Origin: Rhina ancylostomus
Lineage: Eukaryota
Direction of reading: 5' to 3'
Length of the DNA stretch: 64,000 nt
Assembly (NCBI GenBank): GCA_030265395.1
Contig: JARFYF010000063.1
Span: 43,286,235-43,350,234 of the forward strand
Of the stretch, positions 40,164 through 55,100 are shown piece after piece (within the stretch, counting starts at the first letter, position 1; every line of letters starts with the position of its first letter). The notes under the pieces are model-generated. The model saw only the letters and a list, made by a program, of their open reading frames with translations, made no database searches and was not told the DNA's origin. Position numbers and translations under genes: made by a program.

Positions 40164-43100
40164 CTAAAATGGAGAGAAGTGAAGGAAAGATCAAACATGT
40201 GCAATATTTAGGTTTAAAACAGAACTGAGGAGTTGCTTCCTTCTACCGTATGGATTGGAAAGGAAATTAAAACAATGTTGTAACATTGAAATTTGAAGCA
40301 CTTACCATGTTAGTTTGTACAGCAGTTCCTTTGATTATACTATAAATGAGATTGTTATAGTTAAATTATTTTTCAGTGGTTAACCATGGGGAGGTGGTGG
40401 GGAGATATTTAGCTCCGTCATAGAATTTTAATGCTAATGAGTTCACTGTTCATAAGCAAACTGCTTTTACATAGGGTTATTTCTCTTTTCCATTTGTTGT
40501 TTTTATCTCAATATGATTCTAGTATAACAACAGGATTCTTTTTCACCTGCCATCACTACTGATGGGATTATGGAATCTATAGCAATTCCAAAATTTTAAG
40601 ATTAAGTAAATTAAACACCATTTTCAGCTGAAATCAAAAGGCAACATTCCCCAGGTTCTGGAAATTTAAAATGAAAAAGAAAATGCTGGAAATACTCTGC
40701 AGGTCAGTCAGCATATGTGGAGAGAGAAATGGAACTATCATTTCAGGTTCTGGTGAAAGACCTTGAATATTAACTGTTTCTCTGGATGCTGTCTGATTTG
40801 GATATTTACATCTTTTTCCATTTTGAGTATTGTATGAGGTGCTGTGAGCTGTTTCCTTTGAAATACTGGATGATGCAATGCTTGCAACAACGTTACGACA
40901 ATTTTTAATGAACTGCTGCAGGAACAGAAGACAATATAATTCTTTGTACCCAAACTACTGGCCTTAAGCTTGTATCCATGCATCTTGCTATCCTTGTCAA
41001 AAAAAAATTATTCCTTTTGGTCTTAAGGACAAGAATATGAAGTCTAATTTGATTCTGCTCTCTGATTTGCATTCCATACCATTTCAAGCTTTAAGCCCCT
41101 TAATTGTGTTTAGAATTTTCAAAGTGACACGTACAAAGTCAGGTTTGTACAACTCTGCTTCATAATTTAGTGCTGTAAATTCTGCTATCCCAGTAAATTA
41201 ATGGTATTATCTTCCAAGGCCACTAGATCTTTACTGAGGTAAGGTGCCAAGTACTGCTTCTGAGGTTTGACCAAACTTGTGTCATTAAAACATCCCTCAT
41301 ATGAACCACAAATTACTTGCCATATTAGTGTTTTATGATCACTTAAATTGTGGAACCCAAGTGAAATTGCTTTTGGAGTAATATGTACAGGTCTGGTCTC
41401 CATACCTAAAGGAGGAGATATCTGTGGTAGAAGGAATGCAACAAAGATTCATCAGATTAATTCCTGTGCTGAAGAGTTTGTCGTACAAGGAAAGACTGGG
41501 CCTTTTCTCTCAAATCCGAAAGACTTGAGAAATTACGTCAGTGTAACATACACAGGTGAGACGGGTTAGGTGCAATGTTTCTCTGACTGGGGTGTGTAAT
41601 ACCAGTGTCTCTTGGGGGTTAGCCATTTAGAGCTGAGGAGAAAAATTTCCACCCAAATTGTAGTGAATCTTTGGAATTCCCTACCCAAGGGGACTGTGGA
41701 AACTGAGTATACTCAACGCATGTCCTTGGATGTTAAGGATTTGAGGGATATGGGCTTAGTGCAAGCAAGTACTGAAGTGAAAGAACAACTGATCTTTTTG
41801 AAAGGTGCAGCAGGTATATGGAGTGGAAGACTCCTGCTTTTGTTCTTTTTGCACCTACCCATTGGCTTGTAGTATTTTGTATATTAAGATGCCTAATTCC
41901 TTTTACTCGATCAGTTCCCAGTTTTGCCATTAAGCAAATGTTTTGATTTGTCTTCCACCTTTCCCAGGAGGACGACATCACAACTCTCCCAAGAGAACTA
42001 TTTTAGTAAGTTTTCTTCCATCAATATTTTTAGTAAATTTCCTGCTCTCATTTTTGCAACTAATTGAGCTTCTTAATGTTTTTCTGCAAACTTGGATATA
42101 AATCTTTATTAAAGTATGATGAAATGCTATTGTCCCAGTGTAACAGTCTACGTTCTGGGATACAGCCAGTCTATGTTCTGGGATACAGCTTGCTAATTAG
42201 AAAATTCCCTTTATCCCATCTTCTAAATAAACATATATTTTGCTAAATAAACAGTAAATGCCCTCGAAGTATGAAAGGACAACGTGAGTAGGCAATCTAT
42301 TGACTTCATGATTTAACAAAATTTAAACATCCATCAGACACAATCTGCCATTCACATATGTCTGCTAAATTGCTGTTCAGCTCATGTTTGTCTAAATACT
42401 CCACTTGAAATAAACTGACATGTCTAATATCTGCTTTCTAACTTGTTTAAATAATTAAGTAACATTTACTAATTCCATCTGCACTTTCCTCATCCTTTTC
42501 AAATGCCCTGTTGATTGCCAAGTGCACAGAAACAAATCAGTCTGAAACTTACCATGAGAGAGGACATAATATTCATATTTTTCTGCAAGTCTAGGATTTG
42601 GAAGTGAAATGGCTGATGTGACTCTTATAGGAAAACCAAGCCAGTTTTTTCTTATTGACATTTCAATGGAAAGTTGAGCTGAAAGAAAGTTAATTAGTAG
42701 TGGAAAGTAAATGTATTTTAATATGTAACATAAAATAAGTAATTGATGTATTTTCCTTTCTTTTTGGCTGACACACAACTCATTGCCCAGTTCAGTGACC
42801 CATTTTGGGAAAAACTCATTCTGTTTCTGGAACATCAGAGGGTGCTCTCCTATCATACAAGTGCTTTGAAGCATTGGTAGCGCAGTGGCTAATCTCCACA
42901 CTTCTAGCTCTCATTAGCTCCAGCCTGTTGATGAAAATTTGTTTTTCAGTGAAAGTCCAAATATTGGCAAGGGAATAATCAGGTTCGTGCAAGAGCAACA
43001 GGACTTGAGTTTCAATGGTCTCATCTGACAAGCAGCCCTTTCATGTAACAGTCAGCAATGCCATGGATAGTCAGCCTTGGATTTTTATCCTCTGGAATAG

Positions 43101-46100
43101 GATGAACTCCATACCCTCTGACTTTAGATTTGGATGATACCAACTAAAACTCAGCTAATTTGCCTTGATGGTGTGCAATTATGAAGTTGCAGGTCATCAA
43201 TCTTCCAGCAACCCCATGTGCATATGGGGAAAAAGAAGAAATTTACTTGGGTAATCACTACTAAAAGTAGATCTTGTAGAAATAGCTTTCAACCAATGTT
43301 CCTCATGCTCACTTCAAATAAATGCACTTAGGTTGAGAGGGATCATTGAACATTATCCAGGCTTTAATGATGCAGTTAAGATTTGTGACAATTTGCAGGA
43401 ATTTTGATTACACCATAACAGCCAGCTTCTAATTGCTGCCCATTATCAAAAAGGGTTGCTGTCATTTTGCTCTCAACTGTTGCACTATTTGCACATTCTA
43501 CCCCAAAAGTTTGACACATCTGTGTTTTTAAAGAAAATATGACCAAAAAGCTGCTGATGGAGAATGAGCAGTTTGTGGTTTTTCAAGTTGTTTTTGACCT
43601 GTTCCAGTGCAAGTTTTTTTGGATTAAAAACCAAAATTTAAAAAAGCTCCACACAGTTCAATTCACCAATGGGTTGAATCAGTTGCATCATTTTAGATCA
43701 TACCATTAAATGATTTGCAACTGAAAAAATTAAGACATCTTAAAAGAAACAGTTGCCCTAAATGCTACACAATTATAACTAGATCAGTCCCATTCAACAT
43801 TTGCAAAACTATCGTTAAATAACCACATAAATTAAGTAGCAAGAGTGATGGTTATTTTCATGTGGGTTCTGCAAAATTGTTCATTGTGTCATATGTTGAA
43901 GACGTACAAGATCTGATTTGCTATTGCATAACTATCATAATTTTCAAATGGTTGTACATAATGCCATACTTCAAACTGAGTTCAGAACAAAGTTTAAATT
44001 TTATATTTGCCCAATAAATTTGGTTAATTGAGGCAGATAAAATTACTGTTAATTGGGTAAAATTGTTTATTGGTATCTCAATTTTTCTTAATGCTCAAAC
44101 CCCATGAATCTTAACCTAGCCAATGATAGAAAATATCGCTGAACCATTAATTCATTGGACATTCAAATATAAAATTTTAATTTTTAGGAAGTTGACTAAC
44201 TTTAAACTCCACAAACTGGCTTCAAAACCACTAGCTTTAGCTACTGAATCTGAGCACACAAGAATTTTGTACCTGTTTTCTGCAGTTCCATGTTTTTTTG
44301 TATGGCCACCATTGCTTGCCTCCTGTAACGTTGCCTTACCACTTGATAAGTGTAGCTATGAGCACGTTCTTGTGGGCAAGATGTGACTAAATGAGAGTCC
44401 ACCCCCTCGATTCTGATTGACTTCAATTTTACAAGGCTTCGTGATGCCTCAATTTTCAAATGTTNNNNNNNNNNNNNNNNNNNNNNNNNNNNNNNNNNNN
44501 NNNNNNNNNNNNNNNNNNNNNNNNNNNNNNNNNNNNNNNNNNNNNNNNNNNNNNNNNNNNNNNNTGGAATATAGAACGTATTTTGATTAATGATGAAACT
44601 TTAGTCGCTGAATGACCATTTGTGTATTTGCAGTGTAGTTGTCGTTGCAAAAACGGTGTTCAAGGAGGAGTTACTTACGATGACAAGTAGCTAATTGGCC
44701 CATCAGGTCCACGCTAGCTGCAGCAGAGCAATCTGATCAGTCCTAATCCACCTCTTATTTCCCTTGCATGCCTTTCAACTCCCCTTCAATCCTAGTTCCA
44801 TTTGCCTACACTGGGGTTAATTTCCAGTGGCCAATTCACCTACCAGCACACCTTTGGTATGGGAAACCCACAGTTATAGGGGAAGCATGTAAATTTCACC
44901 CAGAACAGCAGTGGCGGTCAGGATCAAACTCAGGTTGCTGGAGCTGTGAGGTTGCCCTTGCTTGTTAACAATGTCTGATGCTTAATAATCAAATTGTGTA
45001 CATTGGGTGACATATGGAAAAATTCTATATGATAGATTGCATGTGTAAACTTCCATTAAGCAGAAAAAATAAATAGGAAAGGTATGTTTACAAGGGAACT
45101 GAAAAAGACCTCACCTCTTTTGAAGAAGTACACTGTTTCAGGTCTGTTACGGTATGCAGCCACTGAAAGAGCAGCTGTTATTTCCCCACTCAATCCTGAA
45201 AAGCCGTCTGCAATTTTTCGAGGATAGCCACTGTCCATGGCCCCATTCTGAAATCGCCAGTACTGTTCCCCCTATAAATTCAACAAGAACAAGTGCTATC
45301 GGAGAAGTTTCTATTGAAATGCAACGAGTATATTGACACACTTAGTCAAGCAGGTGGAAATTCAAATTAAACTTCTGTTGCATTGATAACATATTTCACT
45401 TGGTTCCTTTTAAATTCATCCTGCTGTACAATGGACAATTTGCAGGAAGATCGAGAAATGGAACTTAATGTTCATCACACTGCTTAGTTTTTACAGTATC
45501 TGAATTTGAATATACTGGCACACTTACCAAGTGGTATTTCCAAGTTAAGTTCTGCTGCTACTTTCCAAATAGTTTTTGCAATGCACTGCATTTTGGTGGA
45601 GCTGCTATATGCTTCCAAGCCCATGGCTAATACTCATGTTAAATAGATAACTCTGCAGGAGAATTAAACACAATGTACCTCTAGTTATGGCAGTTGCATT
45701 TTTGACTTCTGTTGAATTGTGGGCATGTCTAATCCAAATTTACCACCATTATCAGCAGTCTTGTTGACAAAAAAAGACCAGCTCATTGTTTGGTGGTATC
45801 ATTCAGGGAGAGAAACCTTTTTTGCATTTTACCCATACTCTTTCACCACCTCCTTTCTCAATGGCAGCTTGTGCTAGCCTCAATGGTCAGTGCAGAGATA
45901 AATGGAAAATAGATTGCAAATGCAGGAGTCCAGTTTCCTACACCGACTGATGTGGTCTTAATTCAAAGGTGTAATTGTAGACCCATATTTTCATGAGTTT
46001 AGGATGCTACTGCATCAGTTTGGTTGCCCTGCAATTCAGAATTTTGTAGTTCTTGTGAGCAACAACTTTGTAACTGATTGCACAGATGAAATTAAGCAGA

Positions 46101-49100
46101 AGACCAGAAGCCTTTGGTAATCTAATCTGGACTGAACAACCTGAAGGATGTTGGAGGCAGAACCTACAGTAACTATAATTGGATAAATAATTTGCAGGGT
46201 CACAAGGAAATGATGGTGCGTGGGACAAATTGATTTTCTTTTTCAAAGATCCAAGGCTGGACTAACTTTTTGCGTTCTGCTTCATTTAGAATATAAACAG
46301 GAAGAGAGGATGTACAAAATCTTGGTTTGGTTTCTTGAGAAAATTCATGAGAAAGTGTTAAGTCCGCAGCCATTCTGCTTTACAGCAATTCCAAACGTAA
46401 TGATGTTATTTTGTTATTAAATTTATTACTTCATTGGGCAAGCAATGGGACAAAGAACCTTACCTTAAAAAAATACGTATTTCCATTGCAGTTGCACCTT
46501 GTGAAGACTGTGTCTATTGGGGATGGAATGCCCCACACATCAGTGATCCTGCGAGGGTGCCCTAATGTTTGTCCTTTCTGGCTTATTGTCCAAAACAAAT
46601 GACCTGAAAACATACAAGCAAACCATTTGGTGAAAAGCTTTGTCAAATACAAAGGATGACTGGTATATAGGAATATTTTAAATTCTGGTAACTAGCTATT
46701 AATTATTACCAGGCAAACGATCAACAGCGTGATCAGCAGTGACTATTTAATGCCATTATATTATTGCCAAAGACGGTTGGATTTAAATTCCAATTGACTT
46801 AATCCTGTAATCCACCGGAAAACATTGTGCAGCACCACCCAGTCCCCTTGGTCAATGTGTTGGTTTCATTTGGGCAAGAGGTGAGCTGCAACATTTCCAC
46901 TTCAACAGACTTGCCCATTCTGACTGCCATTCACTCACTTTGGATTTGAAAAATATGACCTGCACCTAAAATTTAAAACATTTCAACGTGTTAAGTTAGC
47001 TTGTGATCAGTCCATATATTTTTAATCATGAGTAATTAATGATATTTGTCTAGAGTTGAGGCTCTGACACTTTCCCAGGGGTGGCGCCAAACTGTAAATT
47101 AATGTAACTTTATGGATCTGATTGCTGAGTGGCACGGGTTGTAATATGGCACCTTATGTCAGAATGTAAAAATAAATATTCAAAGATTGACATTGAGATA
47201 TTTTGTAAACCTCCAAAGTTTCCTTCATATCTTACCTCTAAAAATATATGTGGTTCCATTTTGTAGAGTTGTCAGAGCATCTGAAGGCTTCTTATTACAC
47301 AAATTGGAATCATTAAGACTGTCTAAAATGATAATTTTAATAATTATTGGACTTTAAAATCAAGAAATCATCCACATTTCATAACAGTTAACATTGATTG
47401 AAATTTGTCATTTCACATTTAGTTATATAATTCACTGACAACTTCAGGCTTGTGATATTCAACATCATGCGTCATAGAGGTGCAGTGAATTTATAGCATT
47501 ATTATGTTATGCCACATTAATGAAGTGGCTGTGTTTCCACAAAAGTTTAATTATTTTTCTCTGATGCTATCCCACAAATTATTATATTTACTGAATTCAG
47601 TTTCATAACTTTTCAAATTGAAATCAAGATAATATAGGTTACATGTCCATGACATTTTTTACTCTTCCTTTGCCTCATTTTACTTGTGCATATTTGGAGC
47701 CCTTTAGTTAGTTTTGTTTTCTGTTCAGAGTTCCCACATAGATACCCTCAGCGTTAATTACAATCAACAGCACGTAAATTGTATGCCCTACCTTCGTATG
47801 ACTGGGTTTTCCCAGTTGCCTGATCTCCCAGTTCTTGAGTTGGTTCCCTTACCATGTTATCACTCTCACCAGAGCTGGTGACCTATGAAATGAAAGACAT
47901 TTTAGTGCTTTTCTTTTAATCTAATGGAGGAGGCAGCTCTTCTTTTGGTGACAACATTTTGGTGTCAGTCTCAGGGTTTGCTGTATCTGGATAGCCAGTG
48001 GTGATATTCACTTCTTGTTTAATTGTTTACTGGCAGCCTTGGTGGCTTTGCCAGAAGTTTCTTTCTTAACAACTGACTTGATCACACCAACAACCACTGT
48101 CTGTCTCATTTAGCTTATTTGATTTTTCACTCAAATGGATGATCTTTTCCTGAGCTGAAACATTCTGTAGGAAAATGCTACAATTATGCTATTTGTCCCA
48201 ACAATTGATTAGACCAATATGATGTTTTTCAACTGGGCATAATTATGATACTGGAATATCTCAAACCTACATGGATCTTTTAAAAGCTGCATCATGCAAG
48301 TCAAGTGAACCTATTTCCAACAGAACAGTGAATTATGTAGCACACACCGTCAAAGAAAAGCATTCTGCTTCCAAAAAAAATTTCTGCCAGAAATAGTTGG
48401 AGGTGGAAGAAATATTCTACATCTCTTCTGCTGAAACCACATTAGGCTGACACACTCCTCTCACTGCTGCTTTCTTGCATTTAGGGCTTGCAAGGTCATG
48501 AATTGCTGAAGGGGTCCTCTCTGGAGATAGTGGGGTGGGGAGTGCCAGCTTGTGTAATTCTACTGAGAGAGCCTAAAGCACTAACCAACTTATTTCTGAT
48601 TTGAGTGACAGCTTCTGTCTCAAATATTTGAGAGATTAATGGCACAAGGAGTTTGGTGCCGGAAGCAGGAGGTATCACTTTTAAAATATTTGTCGTATGG
48701 AATTTTCTGGACAATATGCAATTGGAAAATGAGCTGAATTCAACGTTCAAGGTGGACATTTGAGTTACAAGGTTCACTTCTTTTGAAATAGCTGTTTTGT
48801 TAACAAACACACTGATTCTGGATAAGCAATGATTCTGCATTATTAGATTTTGAGATCTTTAAAATTTGAAAATTTCATTGATTTAACTATATGAATTCTT
48901 AGAATTGACAAGCTATCTTTATTTATCTTTGTTTATATTTGTCTTTATTTATGTTAAGATCTGTTGCCTTGTGTTTAACAGGAACATTGGGCTTTACATT
49001 TTCTCTTTTTAAGTTTGAATCTGTGGCAATTGATTCTTCTGTACTGGTCTTTACTTCTATATCTAAGTTAATAGGTTCCACAGTTACTAGTTTTTGCAAG

Positions 49101-52100
49101 ATATTTACCCGTACAACTTCCACTTTTTCCAATATTGGATTTGTGGCTACAGGTCTCACAAGTACAGTGGGTTGCGATATTCTCTCTTTGTTTAAGTTTG
49201 AACCAATGAAAGGAGTTTCCTGAGGAATAGTANNNNNNNNNNATGGAAGCTGTTAAGATGAAGATTACTTTGTTTTAAAGTGGTGATTGTCATTTTTTCT
49301 TTATCCAAGAACTTAGAGTTATTGGGGCCATCTTCTGGAATAGTGCGTCCTTCTTTGTTTACCTTTGGGAACATTGTTACTGCTTTTGCAGGAAGAAAGG
49401 ACCGTATGGTTATTTTGTTATCTAAATTCCCTGTATCCAAAGTAATAGCTTGATTTTGAGGAAGGTATGATTTTTTTAGATCAATGATTGCAGGCTTTTT
49501 TGAAAATATGGGTTTCATGGTTTTAGATTCCATGGTCTCACTTTCAGCCACAGTGGAAGCTGGTCTTCCTTTATTCGGATTTTCCAAATACATGGTGCCA
49601 TGATCAGGAGGAATGCGTATTTTTTTGTTCATGGAGTATAAACCAACGGAGCCACCTTTTTGAATGGTGGACATTGACATTCCTTCATTTTCAATTTTAG
49701 AATGTATAGTCCCATCTCTAGGAACTGCAGGATTTGTTATTCTTTCCTTGTCCATGTTTGGGAGCGCAGTTACAGCTTTTTTAGGATGAATGGTTTGTAT
49801 TGATTCTGCATAATCTGGGTTGTCAGGAATGAGAGTACTGTTTGGAGCAAAGGAATGCAAAATTTTAGAATTTGTGTTTTTCGATCCTTCAGGATTAATT
49901 GTTTTTGTCGTTTCTTCTTTCTCCAAATATTTAGAATATGAGGAACCATTTTCATGAACTGTGAACATTCCTCCTTTGGTGCCATCTTCAGTAACGGAGG
50001 CTGTAGTTAACTCTTTGTTATCATGATCCGTGAATCTAAATACAGGAATGGNNNNNNNNNNNNNNNNNNNNNNNNNNNNNNNNNNNNNNNNNNNNNNNNN
50101 NNNNNNNGAATATGCTGCTGTTCCTTTACCCAAGATTTTAGAATTTGTGGAGCTATCCCTGTTACTAGAAGAAGCTGTCACCCCATTGTCCAAGACTTTA
50201 GACTCGATGGTTGTATACTCAGTGACAGGATACACTACGGATCCTTTATCCAAGAGTTTAGTATTTGAAAAACCATTGGTAGGAATAGAGTGCGCTGTCA
50301 CTCCTCTATTCAAGGATATAGAATCTGTGGGGCTACCTTTGTTACTGGAGGATGCTGTCACTCCTTTGCCCAAGGTTTTAGATTCTGTGGGAACGGAGAT
50401 AGGAATGGAGGCTGTTGTCATTAATTTATGCAGTATTTTGGAATTTGTGATGCTACCTGCAAGGACAAAGGGTGTTGTTATTCCTTCATCCAAGATTTTA
50501 GAATGTATAACCTTATCCACAGGAATAGCAGGCACTGTCATCCTGTTAACCATTTTGGAATCTCTGGTCCCATCTTCAGAAATAGGAGGTGTTGCCATTC
50601 TATTAGGCAAGACTTTGTGAAAAGATGTTGTCATTCCTTTATCCAGGGTTTTATAATTGATGGATGCAAGTTCAGGAACAGAGGGAGTTGTCATTCTGTT
50701 ATCCAAGGTTTTGGAAAATGTGGAAATATCCTCAGTAACATTTGTAACAATAGAAACATCTTCAGGACCAGTGGTCAATGTTCCTTTATTCAGTACATCA
50801 GGATATATGGAAGACTCTTTTGGGATAATGTATGTTGTTATTCCTGTGTCGAGGATTTTAGTTGCAATGGAAACATCTTCATGGACAGAATGAATGGTCC
50901 CATCTTCAGAAACAAAAGATGTTATTATTTCTGTATCCAAGGATGTAGAATCTATGAAACTATCTTCATGACTGAGGGGTGCTGTCAATCCATCATCTAA
51001 TACTTGAGAATCTGTAATCCTATCATCAGGAAATAGAATGTAGGGTGGTGGTGTTTTATTATTCAAGGTTTCTGAATCTATGGAAGCATTTTCAAGAACA
51101 GAGGGAGTTGTTATTCCTTTATACAAGATTTTAAAATCGGTGGAATCACCTTCAGGAACTGAGGACATTGTTGTTTCTTTGTCCAAGAGTTCTGAACCTG
51201 TGGGATCATTTTCAGAAACAGAGAGTCTGGTGCTTTTATCCACTATATTAGAATCTGAGGAAGTCTCTTTTGGGATGATGTATGTTGTATCCAGGATTTG
51301 CAAATCCGAAATTCCATCTTGAGGAACAACTTTAAGCAAGCCTGTAGAATCTCTTGTCACCTCTTTGGTAACAAGAGGAGATCTTGACATCTCTTTGTCC
51401 AAGATTTTAGAATCTGCAGTCTGCTTTTCAGGAACTAGGGGCATTGTTATTCCTGTATGCATGATTTTAGGATCTGTGGATTCGTGTACAGGAACAATGG
51501 TTGATATTTTACCTTTATCCAAGATTGTAGAGTCTGTGGAAGCGTCTTTATGAACTAAGGGAACTATCGGTTGTTTGTTCAAGATTTTTGGATCAGTGGA
51601 ATTATCTTGAGGAACTGTGGTTGTTATTCCTTCATCTAAGATTTTGGAATCCATGGTCCCACCTTCAGGAACAGATAAAGTTATCCTTGCATTATCCAAG
51701 ATTTCTGAACCTGTGGAAGCATCTCCAGCAATAGTGGAAGTTCTCAGTTTATTACCCAAGACATTAGAATCTGTAATCCCAATTTCAGGAAAAGGGGCAG
51801 TTGTTACTCCTTTATTCATGGTCCCATTAGCAAGAACAGAAGATGTTGTTAATCCTTTATCCAAGATTTTGGAATCCATGAATCCATTTTCAGGATCAGT
51901 GGGAGTTGCTGTTCTGTTATCCATGTTTGCATCTTCGGGAAATGAGGATAATATTATTTGATGAAAAGTTTTAGAGTCTGTGGTTTCACCTTCTGGAACA
52001 GAGGATGTGAGGATTCCATCATCCAAGGTTTTTGAATCTGTTGAAGCAACTACAGGAACAAAGGGAGTTGCTCTTTGATTAATTAAGTTTCTAGAACCCA

Positions 52101-55100
52101 TGGAAGCCTTTTCAAGGAAAGTGGGTGCTGTCATTTCCGACTCCAAGGTATTTGTTTCTCTGGGAGTACCTTGTGGGATAAATGTTGTTTTATCAAAGAT
52201 TTTGAAATCCGAGTTCACATCTACAAGACCAGAGGAAGTAGTCATTCTGTTATCTAAGATTTTAGAAACATCCTCAGCAGCAGAGGGACTTGTTATGCCA
52301 TTGTTTAGAATTTTAGAATCATTGGTCCGATCTTCAGGAATGGAGATTGTCATTTGTGCGTCAAATATATTTGGAACTGTTGCAGCTGAGCCTGTTGTCA
52401 TTCTTGTGTCAGAGGTTTTAGGTTCTATGGAAGCAGCTATTGCAACAGGTGATAATGACATTTCTTTTTCAATGATGCCACTTTCAGGAATAGTGTTTGT
52501 TGACATTATTTTATTCAGGATTTTAGAATATGTTGTCCTGTCTTGAGGTACAGGTGGTGTTGTTATTCCTTTCGCCAAGATTTTTGGATCAGTGGAATCA
52601 TCTTTGGAAACAGTTGTTGCCATTGTTTTATCCAAGATTTTAAAATTGGTGTTCACATCTGCAGGAATAGAAGAAGTTGACATTTTGTTATCCAAGATTT
52701 GAAAATTCGTGGAAACATCCTCAGTAACTAAAGGCATTGTCACACCATTGTTCTGGATTTCTGAATCCATGGAATCATCTTCAGGAGTATCAGTTGTTGG
52801 TACTTCATACTGGATTTTAGAACCATTAGTAGTATCTTCAGGAGTGGAGAGATTTTCCATTCCTTTTTCCAATTTACTAGGATTTAAGGAAGCTTCTTCC
52901 GGGATAATCTGTGTTGTCCTTCCTCTATCCAACAGTTTAACTTCTATGGAAGCATCTTCTGTCATAAAGGCTGTAGTCATTCCCTTATCCAAGAATATGG
53001 AATCCATGGTACCATTTTCAGGAACAGTGTCCGTTGACATTATTTTATATGGGATTTTAGAAGACATTATTGTATCTTGAAGAATAGGTGATGTTGTTAT
53101 TACTTTGACCACTACTTTAGAATTAGTGGAATCATCTTCAGGAACTGTGGTTATTATTCCTCTATCCAAGATGGTCCCATTGTCAGAAACAGAAGGAGTA
53201 GTCCATGCATTATCTAAGGCTTCAGAATCATTGGAAGCATCCCTAGCAATAATGGGCGTTGACAATATTTTACCCAAGGTATGTGTACCCAAGGTACCTG
53301 TGATATCATCTTCAGTAAAAGGGTCTTTCGTTATTCCTTTATTCACAGTCCCATTATCAGGAACAGAAGTTGTTGTTATTTCTTTATCTACAATTTTAGA
53401 ATCTAGGAATCCATCTTCAGGATCAGTAGGAGATGCTGTTCTATTAGTCAAAAATGTAGATGCCGTATTTACATCTTCGGGAAATGATGTCATTGTTGGA
53501 TGAAATGTTTTGGAATCTGTGGTTTCACCTTCTGGAACAGAGGATGCGATAATTCTATTATCTAAGGCCTGTGAATATGTAGAAGCATCTGCAGGAACAG
53601 AGGAAGTTATCATTCCATTAATAAGTGTATTAGAACTTCCAGAAGCCTTATCAGAGATGGTGTGTGTTGTCAATCTTGTCTCAAAGATTTTAGATTCCAT
53701 GGAAGCATCTTGTCTGGTAAAGGCTGAAGTCATTGTTTTACCCAAGATTTTAGATTCTGTGGTCACCGCTACAGGAACAGAGGAAGCTGTCATTTTGTTA
53801 TCCAAGATTTTAGAACCGGTGGAAATGTCCTCATTAACTGAGGGCATCGTATTCCCATTATTCCAGATTTTTGAATCTGCAGAATTGCCTTCAGGAACAT
53901 TTGTTGTTACTAGTTTAACTGACATTTTGGAATCATCGGTCCTGTGTTCAGGAACAGAAAATGCTGTCGTTCCTTTGTCCAATGTAGTAGAAACTGGGGA
54001 AGCCTCTTCTGGGACAGTGGGTGTTGTTATTCCCCTGTCTGAGTGTTTGGCTTCTATGGAAGCAACTTCTGTGGTAAAGGCTGCAGTCATTCCTTTATCC
54101 AAGAATAAGGAATCCATAGTGTCATTTTCAGGAGTTATGTCTGTTGATGTTATATTATCCAAGATTTTAGAATATGTTATCCTTTCTTGAGGAACAAGTG
54201 ACATTGTTATTCCTTTAATTTTTGGATCAGTGGAATTTTCAGGAACTGTGGTTGTTATTTCTTTATCCAAAACTTTGACATCTATGGTCCCATCTTCGGG
54301 AACAGACAGAGTTGTGTTTGCAATATCCAAGATCTCTGAGTCTGTGGAAGCAACTGCAATAATAGTGGGGGTTGCCAGTTCATTAGCAAGAATATTAGAA
54401 TCTGTTATCCCACTTTCAGGAAAAGGTGCAGTTGTTATTCCTTCACTCACGGTCCCATTATCAGGAATAGAAGATGCAGTTATTCCTTTGTCCAAGACTT
54501 TATAATCTTTAGGATCAGTGGGAGTTGCTGTTCTATTATCCATGCCTGCATGTTCAGGAAACGAGGACAACATCATGATTTGATTAAATGTTTTGGAATC
54601 TGTGGTTTCACCTTCTGGAACAGAGGATGTGATAATTCTATTATCTAAGGCCTGTGAATGTGTAGAAGCATCTTCAGGAACAGAGGAAGTTGTCATTCCA
54701 TTAATCAGTGTATTAGAACTTCCAGAAGCCTTATCAGAGATGGTGTGTGTTGTCAATCCTGTCTCAAAGATTTTAGATTCCATGGAAGCATCTTGTCTGG
54801 TAAAGGCTGAAGTCATTGTTTTACCCAAGATTTTAGATTCTGTGGACACCGCTACAGGAACAGAGGAAGCTGTCATTTTGTTATCCAAGATTTTAGAACT
54901 GGTGGAAATGTCCTCAGTAACTGAGGGCATCATTTTCCCATTATTCCAGATTTTTGAATCCACAGAATTGTCTTCAGGAACATTTGTTGTTACTAGTTTA
55001 ACTGGCATTTTGGAATCATCAGTCCTGTGTTCAGAAACAGAAAATGCTGTCGTTCCTTTGTCCAATGTAGTAGGAACTGGGGAAGCCTCTTCTGGGACAG

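Noticed and set aside
49192-49242. Stop codon ending the 3168-aa ORF (LFLRKLLSLVQT*)
   Set aside because: Directly follows a 10-N placeholder gap; another frame continues with mucin-like sequence, so it is probably a gap-length artefact.
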